Shown here: positions 1-12,607 of the stretch, one piece after another
How positions within the stretch are numbered: the first letter of the stretch is position 1
How the letters are laid out: every line of letters starts with the position of its first letter
Assembly: GCF_009834535.1 (NCBI RefSeq)
Contig: NC_045698.1
Coordinates: 4,156,001 to 4,220,000, forward strand
DNA: 64,000 nucleotides
Source: Camelus ferus
Lineage: Eukaryota
Direction of reading: 5' to 3'
Notes under the pieces: model-generated
Database searches by the model: none
Seen by the model: only the letters and a program-made list of their open reading frames with translations
Told to the model about the DNA's origin: nothing
Made by a program: the position numbers and the translations under genes

Positions 1-669
1 CATTTAGTTCATGGCTTTTCCTGCTCCCCAAGAGCCTGGCTGCATTTGGAGTCCATCCAGATCACTTAGCTAGAAAAAAACACACGGCACAAAGAAAAGA
101 ACTGCGAATTGAAAAGAGCTTAAATAAGCTGGCATCCGTGGGCGGGCACCCGTTTCCAGATAGCTTTATCTCTGCAGTTCACGCCCTCTGGCTGTGAGCA
201 ATTTCAAGGCTGATGGGGTAGCAACCGGCAGACATTCTTCAGGCTGTTGTCGATTTCTCCCTGAGCTGCTGCAGGAGCCTCAGCAGAGAGATAGCTTTCA
301 TGTTCATCTCCCACCTCATTAGGTCAAATCAAACCTTTCCAGGGCCAGGGCCCTGTTCCCAGCTCGGGAACAAGCACTTCCCCCGTGTCACTGCATTGTT
401 CTGATGCACCATGGTCTTGTTTATCAGGAACCCGTGGAGCAGAGCATCTGCATTTGGTGCAGGGAGAGCTGTGGCCACCAGAATGTCCCAGACTTCATCC
501 ATCTTGCCAGAATGTGACAGCCTGAGGCCACTCCCTCTTGAGCAGACTGTCTGCACCTCTCTCCTGCCACCTTTCTGCCAGAAGTGGATCACCTCTGCCT
601 ACCCTCCAGTCTCCAGTGGGACCTCATCTCCGGGTCTTGTCCACCCTCAGCCCTGTGGGTTTCAAGCTT

Positions 670-770
670 GACTTGCTCACTGGCTGGCTGTGGGCCTCAG
701 ACAAGCCAAGGGACCTCTCTGTGCCCCAGCTACACATCCTCAAGTGTGAAATGAAAACCATACACCACCA
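670..770 (+). mobile_element. MIR SINE fragment
   Basis: Degenerate MIR core (gggacctctctgtgccccag...cctcaagtgtgaaatgaaa). Confidence 0.55.
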
Positions 771-1433
771 AGCACCCTGCCTTCTGCAGGGACAGCTAAC
801 CGCCAGGAGTTAGCCAGGCAAAGGCAGCTCCAGGATGCCGGTGAGGAGTCACAGGTAATCATCACCCACATATATCTGGACCTCGCTTTTCAAAGGACAT
901 CTACCATCTCTTCTTAATCCTGTTGTAGGGTTGTCCCTTGGGTGAGATCATGAGGATTTATCTTCGCATCCCCCATCTGTCCCCTGCAATCACTGGAGCC
1001 AATTGGAAAAGCCCCTTCCTTGCTTCTTCAAGGACAAAATAAATGTTGGCTAGGGCCTGAGCCAGCCTGAAATCTCAAAGGAGATGATAAATATTGGCAG
1101 AAGGAACTGATTAATAAAAGAGTGAATCAAAGTGCCCAGTACTGACCAGGCTGTGTTTTATCACTGAGCTGCTGTGGGCAGATCAGGACAGATCCCAGGG
1201 GACACTCAGAGGTCCAGACCAAGTCTAGACTTCATCATCCACTTGAGAGTATGAAACAGCCCTCATTCCGGGCTACCACAGAAATACATCCATTCATCTG
1301 ATGTTACTGAGTCCCTTTTGTGCTGGGAATTGAAGAGACAGAGGCAGACAAAGGGCAGCGGCAGATAAAGGCAGAAGGATGTGAAGGCGGTGAATTTAAT
1401 GCCGAGTAACTCTGAAGAGTCTATAGGCATCGG

Positions 1434-1588
1434 TTCCTTCCTTCCTTCCCTCCTTCTTTCCTTCCTTCCTTCCCTCCTTCTTTCCTTCCTTCCTTCCCTC
1501 CTTCTTTCCTTCCTTCCTTCCTTCCTTCCTTCCTTCTTTCCTTCCTTCCTTCTTTCCTTCCTTCCTTCCTTCCTTCCTTCCTCCCTCC
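1434..1588. repeat. (TTCC)n compound polypyrimidine microsatellite
   Basis: About 155 bp of pure C/T; begins with three copies of a 24-bp unit (TTCC)4-CTCC-TTCT. Confidence 0.97.
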
Positions 1589-1711
1589 ACCAGTGAGTGC
1601 TCACTGAAGGCCTCTGCACCAGGCGTCAGCTCCTCTTTTATTCTGCTGCGCCATCTCTTCCTGTAGGACTGATCATCTTCCACAATGCAAATTAATGGTT
1701 TCATTTATTGT

Positions 1712-1810
1712 ATCTGTGAAGGCAGGGACCTTGGTCTGATTCACTCATTGCTGTTCCCCGGGCACCTAGAATATGGCACACGGTAGGTGAGAGTAACTAT
1801 TTCGTAGTAA
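1712..1810 (+). mobile_element. L2 LINE 3' end fragment
   Basis: tgtgaaggcagggacc...cacctagaatatggcacacggtagg resembles the L2 3' terminus. Confidence 0.6.
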
Positions 1811-3288
1811 GTTAAGTTTGCCTCTCCAAGGCTGAAACCACAGACACATCATTCAGTGTACCTGATGCTGAGATCTCTTGTCTCCCAGACCTTCGCTCCA
1901 GCCCAGTCTGCCTGATCCAGACGCTTTGCCCCTGAATTCTGCAGCTCTGCTTAGCCCATTTGGGCTGAAAGCTTGGCTGGACTCTACCTGGATGAGACGC
2001 AGGGAATGAGGAGAAAGTGAAGGGAGGGGCAGGGAAAGGGTGCATGTTGGGCGTCTGCTCTGGCCTTGGGGAGGCAGTGCAGCTGGGACAAGGGACAGTA
2101 CCACTCTTTCCATCTCCCACTCGTTTCTCTGTAAGGCACCCAATCTTGGTCTTCGAAGGCACTTAAAACACAGCCGTTTTGCTTCCTAGGTCACCAGCCC
2201 CTCCCTGTTCATCCCACCACAGGTTTCTACACTCGCTGATGCGCTGCGTGCTAAGCCCTGGGTCAGAGAAGGGGGTTGTGGACACCAAAGCCCAGCTGGT
2301 GCCACCCCCAGACTCGAGGTCTAGGAAGGGCAGCAGCGGTGGAGGAACAGCAGTGACGCCGCGGCGGGAAGGCATCGCACTCGCAGGTGCCGGAGGGACC
2401 CAGGACGGGGTACCTGGCCGGACCGGGGTGCCCGCAAAGGCATCTGGAGGAGGTGGGAGCTGAGCTGCGTCTTGAAGACTGAGGAGATGAGAACAAGCGT
2501 GTTGTGAAAGGGCAGCTCCTGATGGAAAAAGAGGAACCTGAGAGTCGACACTCACAGAGCCCCTCAAGCTCAGTGCGCAAGAGGAAGCTTCCAGGAGGAT
2601 GGGGGACGTGGAAACCGGTTCGGAGGGGTGCTGCCTGCTTACTGAGGAGCGGGGAGTTTATCCTGGGAGGATGTTCACTATTAGAGGCAGATTCACTGTT
2701 AGATCAGATTGTGCTTTCGAATTGCACGGGGGCCTGGAGCAGAGATGCCTCAGGAGACAAACTTCTGCCGTGTCATCTTCCTGCCCGTAAACAGGGGGAA
2801 AAGACCATTCACCTACTTTCAGGACGTGCCATCGCTGGCCGTGATGCTTACTGGGATTTTGCAGGAAAAGAGGAGGAATGTATAAGTCTGTTTTAACCTT
2901 GTGTTTCATAGCACTGAGCACAATTCACAAAGAACATTCTGAGAAGTAAAAAAAAAATTACGCCTTAGGGGTTCGGGGCAGCTATGCATTCAGGTACTCT
3001 GTCTTCTAAGAGCAGAGGACGATCTCCACCCAGGGTGGCCTATTGAAACGAGTGTCTCCACTTCATTTCCACACACATGCAGATTACACATTAGGCAAAA
3101 CTTCAATTATTCAGGAAGCAAACCAGTATTTCCTAAGGAATAAATTAAATTAATGCAACCTTGTATTTTACGGACTGATCTATTACATCATCCCTTAGAA
3201 TTAATTTAGTTCTCATTTTTCCCTTCTATGAAGCTCAGAATTCTACCAAAAGTTTTGCTATCAGACTGCTATTCCAAAACCAGCCCTT

Positions 3289-3291
<3 letters not shown>

Positions 3292-3346
<55 letters not shown>

Positions 3347-3358
3347 TACATATATATA
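3292..3358. repeat. (TA)n/(CA)n microsatellite
   Basis: Directly visible; abuts the LTR at 3359. Confidence 0.97.
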
Positions 3359-3837
3359 TGCAATAGGGAAGAATAGATGTCTCCATACAGAACCTATTGC
3401 TTTTATTTTAACCTTTGTATTCTATTGCTTTTGCTACAAGTTAGTCACTAAGAGGATGTTGCCTATAGGCTTAAATTGCACATAATGGCCTATCTCTGGA
3501 AGCCCTGCCTCCCAGGTAATGAGTGTTAAGCTAAAATACCTTTTCTTCAGCTCACAGGAAACACCCTGACCAGGCCCACTTGGGAATGACTGCAGGATGG
3601 AAGAAATTAACACATCTCCTCCAGAGGCTGAACAGAAATAGACAATGTTTGTTCTTTACTCCCTCCCCCTTTAGCATAAAGAAGCATGCATTCTAACTCT
3701 GGCAAGTCGGCTCTTTGGGACACTCTTCTCGATCTGCTGACTTTCTGAAGAAAGTCACTATTCCTTGCCCCAGCAGCTTGTCTCTCGGTTTGTTGGTCTG
3801 TTGTGGGGCGAGCAGTATGAGCTTGGACTCAGTAACA
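3359..3837 (+). mobile_element. Solo LTR, ERV1 class (MER41-like)
   Basis: TG...CA termini, about 480 bp, ends gagcagtatgagcttggactcagtaaca as in MER41-like LTRs. Confidence 0.75.
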
Positions 3838-4867
3838 AATAGACAAATTAAATCACAGTACAGATCATTCGCGTGGACATGCTTACTGTCATTTAAAATA
3901 ACAAATTGGAAAAAACCATATAAAATCCAGCCTAAGCTTACTTAGTGTAGCACCTGACATGTAAGTTTTCTGGGTGATTCACTTAACCCTGATGGAAACC
4001 TCATAGGTGGCATGTAGCCTATAGTCTTATACACAGTGGGATAAAATTTCTTCGTTAATATAACAGCAAGTTCAGAGCTGGGACTGATTCTTGGGGCCTG
4101 ATATCAAGAGCTAACTGGTGTCTCCACTGGATCAATAGTTCCATTTGGTGACAATATCTTAGTCCCTTAAGTTAATCAATGCATTCTGTTAAGTACATAT
4201 TTTCATAAAATATATATATGATTTCAACCATCCTTTTCATCTTCTTTTTGCCACTTGTCATGAACTTTTCAAACCAGATTTTATAGGACTGATTTAGGTG
4301 AAAGCTGACTTACTAGCAATGGCTTAAAGTTTAGCATTCAGAGGAAGTATATTCAGTGTCAGGAGGGAAATTCAAAAGCAACTTATCCATAATTTGGTGC
4401 AAAAAAGAAAAAAGAGTTGATATCTAGAGCATTTGGACTCAAACAGAATGCCTTCCATTAGATTTTTGAATAGCCTGGGAATAAGTGAGGCGGATCAGTA
4501 TCCCGTCCTTTTTCTACATGTGGACGGAGGTGAGGTGAAGGAGAATCAACCCATCTCGAAGCAGCATCAGGCTTCTTGTTTCTGTGCTGGCCCTGGAGTT
4601 GAAGATTGAAGGGAAGGCTTCAACAACAAAGCACAACAACTTGCTATTGTTTGTAACAAATCAACCTTGACTGGTTGTCAAGGGCCATCTAAAGGCCAGC
4701 AGGATGGATGGGCATTTCTAGCGGTCCCAGGTGTGAGTCATAATGACAGAGCAATGGAGCCATAATTCAAAATGTTACTGAAACATCCTTGAACTTTTTT
4801 ATATGTTCAGAGAATGCCCAAGTGACACGAAATAGAGGAGGAGGTGCTATTAGTGTTACAAGTTAGA

Positions 4868-5063
4868 CTGGAGCTAGACTGCCTGGGGCGAGTCTTTGCT
4901 TAGCCACTGCTGTTGGACCTTGGGCAGGTTATTTTACCTCTATTTGCCTCAATTTCCTCATCTGTGAAACGGGAGGCTGAGTAGTACCTTCTTCCTAAGG
5001 TTGCTTTGCAGATAAACGAGTTTATAAGAATGCCAGGCACACAGCACTGCCAATGTTGTTATT
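4868..5063 (+). mobile_element. MIR SINE
   Basis: gaccttgggcaggttattttacctctatttgcctcaatttcctcatctgtgaaacggg core. Confidence 0.85.
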
Positions 5064-5744
5064 CTTAAGATGGAGGAAAAATTAGAAGAAGTTTGAGTGG
5101 CCATTTTTTTTAGTATGTTATTTTTTTCAAAAAGATGGATGCTGAGAAGGAATCGGGTAACGAGGGAATAACACCCACTGGGTGAGATGTTAAACCTGCA
5201 TGGGAGGGGGTGGATTTCTTTCTTGGTTCCCCCGCAAAACCTACCATAATATTAACGAGCTAGCACATCAGCAATTGATGACCAGTCACAGGTGACGGAT
5301 TGTCCCAAGAAGGCAAGCTTGGGAAAAATCTGCTTTGGGGGAATGACTGGATCTTCAGGCTACAAATCGCTACCAACCAGGTGATGTGTCTGGTGGGGAC
5401 GGTGGCTCTCGTGCCAGCTCCTGCTTGATGGGCTCCACACTCACTCTCCAACACCTGGCTGCACATTTTATGAGCACAACCTTCGAAGAGAGGCCTCCGT
5501 CCTAATCCCAGGGCCCTGGCCCTTGCTGGTCCTCTGCTGGGAACTACTGCCCCACACTATTTGTCTGCATCTCAGAAATGACGTCACTTGCCCTGAGGGC
5601 TCTCCCAGACCAGGCTGGTTCTCATCATTGCTGGCAATTTCATTCCTCCATGCTTCACCTTGGTTGATACCTTCTGGTAGGTGGTGAACCCAAGATGACA
5701 CGGTTGTGTCTGGCCAAAATGTTGGCCTGCAACAGACGCTATGT

Positions 5745-6070
5745 GAACAACTGTTTAGTGAACTGTGGGTGCCTTGCAGCCAAAACTCATTAAGGATGAG
5801 CAGAATCAGTTTTACTGGCTTGTTGCAACAAGGGAGAACATGCACTGTGGGGGATGCGGGCTCCTCTGAATGAGTCGGGTAGAAAGACTTGTAAGAATGG
5901 AGCTCTGGTTAGGTGATTCTGGGGAAGTTTTGAGAAAGCTGGAATTTGTTCTGGATTTAATGCTGTCGAGATGGGAGTAAGTCTATGACTGAGTGTCTTA
6001 CTACCTTATCTAGAAGATCAGAACAATACAACATGTCCAAAGATATAATTACTAAACTGCAGTCACTCCC
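5745..6070 (-). mobile_element. Old ERVL-type LTR fragment (subfamily uncertain)
   Basis: ggcttgttgcaacaagggagaaca...ggttaggtgatt...tctggatttaatgctgtc...cttatctagaag resembles the antisense strand of an old eutherian LTR. Confidence 0.55.
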
Positions 6071-9000
6071 AGCAGCCGGGACTGGGTGCTCTGGTTATGG
6101 GTGCAGCTGGGCAGTGTCCACGTTGTTGTCTGTGCCCAGACACGGTTATCGAGCGGTCCTGTGATCTCAGGCTCCATCAGGCTCCCAGAGCTGCTTCTCT
6201 CCTGCTCGTCTGGAAGATCTCGGTGTCCAGCCGGGGACATCAAAGCCTGGCTGATCGAATCAGGCCAGTTCAGGTGCCTGGGCTGATTTTCTCACTCTTA
6301 GAATAAAGTGGGAGAGGGTTGAACAGTCTTTATTCAGCCACATTTTCTTCCGCTTTTCTTCAGCCTGCTCTGGGCTCCTCTGTAAATCCCAGGTCATGAC
6401 TGTAGCTTTGGGTTTCTGAATTCTTCCTCCTGTAGAAACTGAGCGGCCTACTCGCCTCCCTCACGTAGGGGCTGGTTTCATCATTTGCTGCTGTGACCTG
6501 TTCCCTCTCCCTGTCACTGCCTTTTCAGAGCGAAACCTAAGTCGCTGAAATCAAAGCGTAACTTTAGAGACGTCCCTTACAAACAACCCTACCGCTTCTT
6601 AAACTCAACACTAAAAATGGATTTCCATACGCACCTTTTCAGTAAAGTGACACAGTATGCCCTGTTTCAGGTAAAACGGGGCTCTCCTCAGCAATGCACG
6701 CTAACAGCAGTGAACCATGAGCACAGCAGGTTGCGAGGGAGATGCCTGCAGTTGCGTGCTGATTACCTCTTGTCGAAGTTCACTGAATTGGAGAGGCAAG
6801 TCGTCTCTGTAAAATGAAGGGGGGAAATATCTCTCCCGACTGGCTAATGCCGAACTGAGCAGACCGCCACAAGCCCAGTGCCCCCTCGTCAGCGGTGCCC
6901 GGAGAAGTTAGGGATGTGGGTGACATGAGCACAAGTGCATTCTGCTGCGTGCGTATAAGGAGAGATCTTAGAAGCAACAGAAGCCAGAAGAGAGTGCAGG
7001 CTGCTTACAAGAATTCAGTGCAGACCAGGGCCACGTCACATGCTCTTTTCTCTACCCTACACCTAAACACGGATCGACTAGGGGACCCGGGGCCCATGCG
7101 CATCTCATCCTGCTGGCGCCAGGCAAGCGTGTACGTGACCCACAGAGCGGGCAGGAGAGAATTTTATCAGGTCTCCTTACTCTACAGCAGACACACTTGT
7201 CCCCACAAGCCTGGACCTCTGGAAGGGGCGCTCATGGCTCTAAACACTCCCACCTCTGGAGTCGTAGCGCCCCCAACTGTGATCTCTTCAGTAGGCGAAG
7301 AAGTTAAGAGGCTCCCTGGTTGCTCACAGGGACAGCCGCATCCATCTCAGTACGGGGTTATGAGGGCTTGCTGATGCTTAGTCCTGGAGGCCAGCTAAGT
7401 GGCCCTCAGGAGGGCAGGGTCCTCTCGCTCCTGCTAGATTTGCCGCTTGGGGCAAGCTTAGTTCTGGAATTGCAGGCTTGTGAAGGGACCTGCTTGCCTC
7501 TGGCAGCTTCAGTTTGAATCTCTCTCCTTTGTGAGGGGCAGACACGGGGGAACACGCTGACTGTTCCCTCAGATGCTCCTCCTGTGCAGACTTTGTGAGG
7601 TTGGAGAAAGGAGGAGGGGAGGAGGCAAAGCAGGGCTTGGGGGAGCAAGGGCCCCACATGTGTCCCTAGAACCCTCTCCTCCCCAGCTCGAGAGCACTAT
7701 GGACTCTGCCTCTACCACGTTCCCGAGGGATGCATGGCCCCTGACCCCAAGGGGGTGCTGTGTGGAGCAGAACCCTGGCCCCAACAAAGAAGGCAGTGAA
7801 ACAGATTGCTGCTACCTATCAGAAATAAGAGAACTGGTCAACCCGCTCAGGCTTGGTTGAGCCTTGCCCGGAGGAAAGGCAAGTACAGTGATGATGCTGT
7901 GCCCTATGGAACTGAAATGAGTTAAATGCATTAGCTTGATTTTGTCCCTTTTCAATTTCCCAAATGTAACAAGCAAGAATAAACTATTTTAAAAAGAAAC
8001 CTGAATGACCTCATGATTTGCAAGAGAACAGAGTGCATTAACACTAACACATGGAGACACAGGGACTGTTCCTCTTCACAGACTCATTAAGATGGGAAAT
8101 GAGTTTCTTTGCACATTAGCGCCCTACACATACCCTGCAAAAGGAAGATAAAATTAATTTATGGAGGTTGTTCCCAGTCTTGAAATTCAGAGCAGACAGT
8201 GTTTGTCTGCAAGCCTTCCAGAAGGCTTTTGCTTACTTAGGTTTGAAAACACCTTTGATGTGGCTAGGGTCTGACCCCGGGGGAGGAGAGTGATTGGCTC
8301 CAGAATCCTACAGGATCAACTCTGAGTGTATTGGAGTTAAAGCTCAGCTTCAAGTCATGCATACCATATGTTGCTGCCTCCAAGTCTCTTAAAACCAGCT
8401 ATTCATTTCAAATAGAAATGAAATTTCCCAACATGCTGAACTTGGCATGATGTCTGTGCTTTTGTTGAATGTTAAACTCTTTGGTGCTGAACTTCACAGG
8501 AAAAAAAACCAAAAAACAAAAAAACCCTGCTTTCTGTAATCAGATGGGACTTGCATGTAGGCTGCTCCTTTTCCACCATGAGACAGTTTATTTCATCTGA
8601 ATTTTAGTTCAGAAAATTTGCTTTAGCAAAATATCTTGGTTTCCATAACCACAAAGCAGTGAATTACATTTAGGGAAGCCAATGCATACAGCGTTCTACA
8701 TTATACCAAGTTTTTCCTATTGATCACTCAGTTTACAGGGTGTTTAGGAAAGGCAATTTAGGCGATCAGCATGATGGTACCATAATGATACTCAAACATG
8801 ATGAAACGTTTTAAGTGAGGTGCACATTTTAACAACTTAGAATGTAACCTCTAATTTTTCGGTTTCGGTTGTGCATGTTTCTTTTGATTGGAAGGAGGTC
8901 TCTGATTTCCCAAGGGGATGCACAGCACCTTTCCTGCCTCCATCAGTATGGTTGACCTTGTCTTCTTTTCTGGAAAGCGCTAGCCTTCCTTTGGTTCACA

Positions 9001-9820
9001 ACCATCTTCATTAATTAAATACACCATTAGGGAGAAATTCATATCATTTTTGAAAAAACAAACCAAAAGACAAAAGGACTCTGGATTTATGCCCCCACCA
9101 TCCACTCAAGTACAAACAGAGCTTCCTTGTTAAATAAATCCTTTGAGATAATTAAGGAACATTTAACACTAAAAATATGATATTAAGCAAAACCAAATAA
9201 AAAATAGACATTGCTATAAACTAAAACCAAACTTTGTTCATAGTCTTGATTTATATGCAGTTCTTGCTGTAACATGTTTTAATCCTGCTAATTGGAAGTA
9301 CTCCTATTTTGAAAAAAAAATATTTCACAAGATGCTTCATGAACATACGAAACACACTGGGAGCTATGTCTCCCCTCAGAGATTGTCTGAGTTTTTAAAC
9401 CTGTTTCTTGTAGGACACCCATTTCCTCTGGTATATGGGGGTCTTCAGTCCCAGACCCCAGATGTCTTTGCCTCTGACCTTCCCCCAGTGTTTGGAAGAA
9501 GAAATATGCGTTGCCCCTCACCTTTATTTTTCCAGAGCCCTGCTGTGCTCTGTGATTCTGCTTCCTGGCTTCCAGGAGACAAGAAAGCATCTCCTTGGCG
9601 CTGCTCAGTGAGGGGGGTCCTCTGACCCACCTCAAGGGGGCACAGCAGGAAGACGGCAGTGGGTTGAGGAGCTACTGACATTGCCACATGCAAGAAAAGT
9701 TCCACGACATTCTCCATCCTGTGGATGTCATTTCTACCTAAAGATTTAATCCAATATGGTGAAGACAGGCCTGTAACTTCTCTCCATCTGTAATCTTGTA
9801 CTGCTTAAATTAGGGACCCC

Positions 9821-10475
9821 TAGACTTAACATACGATCCAGCAATTCCACTCCTGGGCATATGTCTGGAGGGAACTCAAATTTGAAAAGATCCATGCACC
9901 CCATTGTTCATAGCAGCACTATATACAATAGCCAAGACATGGAAAAACCTAAATGTCTATCAACAGATGACTGGATAAAGAAGCTTTGTATATTTATACA
10001 ATGGAATGCTACTCAACCATAAAAAAGAAAGAAATAATAACATTTGCAGCAACATGGATGGACCTGGAGATCATCATTCTAAGCGAAGTAAGCCAGAAAG
10101 AGAAATAAAAATTCCACATGATATAACTCATATGTGGAATCTGAAAAAAAGAAGAAGAAGAAGAAGAAGACACTAATGAGCTTACTGACAAAACAGAAAC
10201 AGACTCACAGACATAGGAAACAAACTTCCGGTTATGGAGAGAAAGGGGTGGGAAGAGATAAATTGGGAGGTTGAGATTTGCAGAAACTAACAACTATATG
10301 TAAAACAGATAAAAAAACAAAATTTTTCTGTATAACACAGGGAACTATAGTCAATAGTCTTATAATAATCTATAAAGAAAAAGAATATGAAAACAATTAT
10401 AGATACGTATATGTATGGCTGAAACATTGTGCTGTGCACCAGAAATTGACACATTGTAACTCACTATACTTCAAT

Positions 10476-10511
<36 letters not shown>

Positions 10512-10512
10512 A
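9821..10512 (+). mobile_element. 5'-truncated L1 (ORF2 end + 3'UTR) with (AAAT)n tail
   Basis: gatccagcaattccactcctgggcata...aacagaaacagactcacagacatag...tatacttcaat; TAGGGACC at both flanks (9811-9818, 10513-10520) is a probable TSD. Confidence 0.95.
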
Positions 10513-10974
10513 TAGGGACCACCACCCCAAGAAGAATGTGGGATTATGCAAAGAAGAACTGGAGACCTGAGAAGAATTTCGGGTAATGGGGAGGTATGCC
10601 CTGGGCATGGTGCCGAGGGTCGATGCAACTGCCCTACACAACCTGCTGAGAAAGTCAGGGTTGCTGACAGACTGGAGGATGGGGCTGGGTGGGGAGTGTG
10701 TCTCTTTAGAGAAAAAGTCCAAGACTCTGCAATGAACCAAAGCTTAGAGTTGGATGTGGCCAGAGGGAAGTCTCCAGAAGTAGTGGGAGCTAAAAATACT
10801 TTGAGGTCAGTGATGCATATTATTATTATGCAATAGTAACCTGTTTGCTATGCTATGATGTGCTTCCTTCCCTCATTAAATCCAATGTTTATTTTATTTC
10901 TAGAAGAAAACTCAGACTCATAAGATTTGGGGGGATGCACATATTAGTGGGGGTTTTCCAGCTACGTGAACAAT

Positions 10975-11210
10975 CATGGACACACCACCAAGCATGGGAA
11001 CACTCCTACATACAAGTGGACACATACAGCTCACAAACACACACACACAAACTCACTGATTCACACACGGACATATCACACACTGACACACAACCACGCG
11101 CTCACATGCTCAGACACACAACCAGTGACACATTTACACACTCATGCACACTTGAATGTACACTCACACTCACATATGCACTTCCACACATACTCTTACA
11201 CACACACACA
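10975..11210. repeat. Degenerate CA-rich low-complexity tract
   Basis: Interrupted (CA)n; explains the His/Thr-rich spurious ORFs. Confidence 0.85.
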
Positions 11211-12469
11211 ATTAATATTATTTGTATAGTCTTAATGCTATACAAAACATCTAGACACTCCTTGTCAAGTTGTGCCTTGAAGATTATACCGGATCCCTTT
11301 GGTAGAAGCTGAGACAGGGAGAGAGCAAAAGTAACCCAGGCAGGTTCAGGTCACAGCAAGGTCTGGTTCCAGTCTTCTCACTAGCAACAGACCCAGTCCC
11401 CTCCATCCAAATAGACCTGCCCTTAAACCACATGTAAAAGTAATTCTAGTTGTATTGGGTGCGTGGTTACCTAATGTAAAATCAGCAAAGCAGAGACCAG
11501 AATGTGACTTGCCACCAAATGAAGATGCTTCCATGTGAATTCTCATGCATTTGGGGTCAGCAGAGCCCCTGTTTAGTACTTTAGTTCTGACCTCTGTTTC
11601 CGGCAAGTACATTCAAAGGGCACAGTCACTGAGCCAAGAGGCCAAGTGGTGCCTGAGATAGCAGAAGATCAGCAGCTCCCCAGGAGAACCCACATGGCCA
11701 GCTGATGTTCCCACGACACTCATCCCTGCCCAGAGGCATCTGCAGAGTCTGTTCTTGCCTGCCCCCAAGCCCCACCACATCCTTCTGTTCCACATTCCTT
11801 AGGCGCACATCCCGGGTGAACGAGTACCTGGAGCAGACGGATGCTGGAGCTGATGCTGACGGGCAACCCCACCCCAAGTTGCTGACCTCACCCCACGGTC
11901 AGAGCCCCGCATCAAAATGTCAAGGCAGAAACTGTCAATCCTGACTGCCTCAAATTAGGGATGAGGAGACTAAGGAGCCTCTGCCCACAGTCACCTGTAA
12001 ATCGCTCTCACTCCTCTGGGTCCCGTTACTACGTCATCACGTGGGATAAGCCTGGAGCCATCGACAAACAGAAGCAGGTGCTGCTTTTCTTACACCTGCT
12101 AAGAGGCCAGAACTCGAGAACTGCTGCATCTCCCCCTTCATCGCTGCTGCCTCTTGTGATGAGCTTTCTCCTCTAACTGCTGTTTCCCTGGGGGAAGGAA
12201 ACTCATTTCTCCCTAAGGGTGTCCCTTTGAAGTCATTGGCTCAGTCTTCTTGCGAACCATCCAAATGGATCAGCCCCAGAAGCTGAAGGTCTCTGACCCG
12301 TGCCTTTCTGGTACTTCTCTGATTTCAGGTCTCCTTATATCATTGAACCTTTCTGAGTAGACTCCACCGTGGAGAGTATCAATCATACAGCTTCCTGCGT
12401 GCCCTCACCATGGAGGGAACGAGGGAAAAAAACTGCATTTGCCATCTATAAAGTGCCAGATGACTGGAA

Positions 12470-12607
12470 TGTAGGAATCATTGCTCCTACCCCGCCAAGA
12501 CTCAGAGAGGGTGAGTAATTATCACAAGGTCACACAGCTGGTAAGTGAAATGGATGTGATCTGATATCTGGTCTACATAATTCCAGTTCTGCTCTCTCCA
12601 ATATTGC
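12470..12607 (-). mobile_element. MIR SINE fragment
   Basis: gactcagagagggtgagtaattatcacaaggtcacacagctggtaagtg. Confidence 0.8.

Noticed and set aside
1263..1704. ORFs with KEGR or SFLP repeats
   Set aside because: Translations of the TTCC microsatellite.
10845..11312. 155-aa His/Thr-rich ORF
   Set aside because: Arises from the degenerate CA repeat.
11803..11897. Possible exon after acceptor ccttctgttccacattccttag
   Set aside because: Weak donor and unrecognised peptide; a similar lone acceptor near 19608 is also unsupported.
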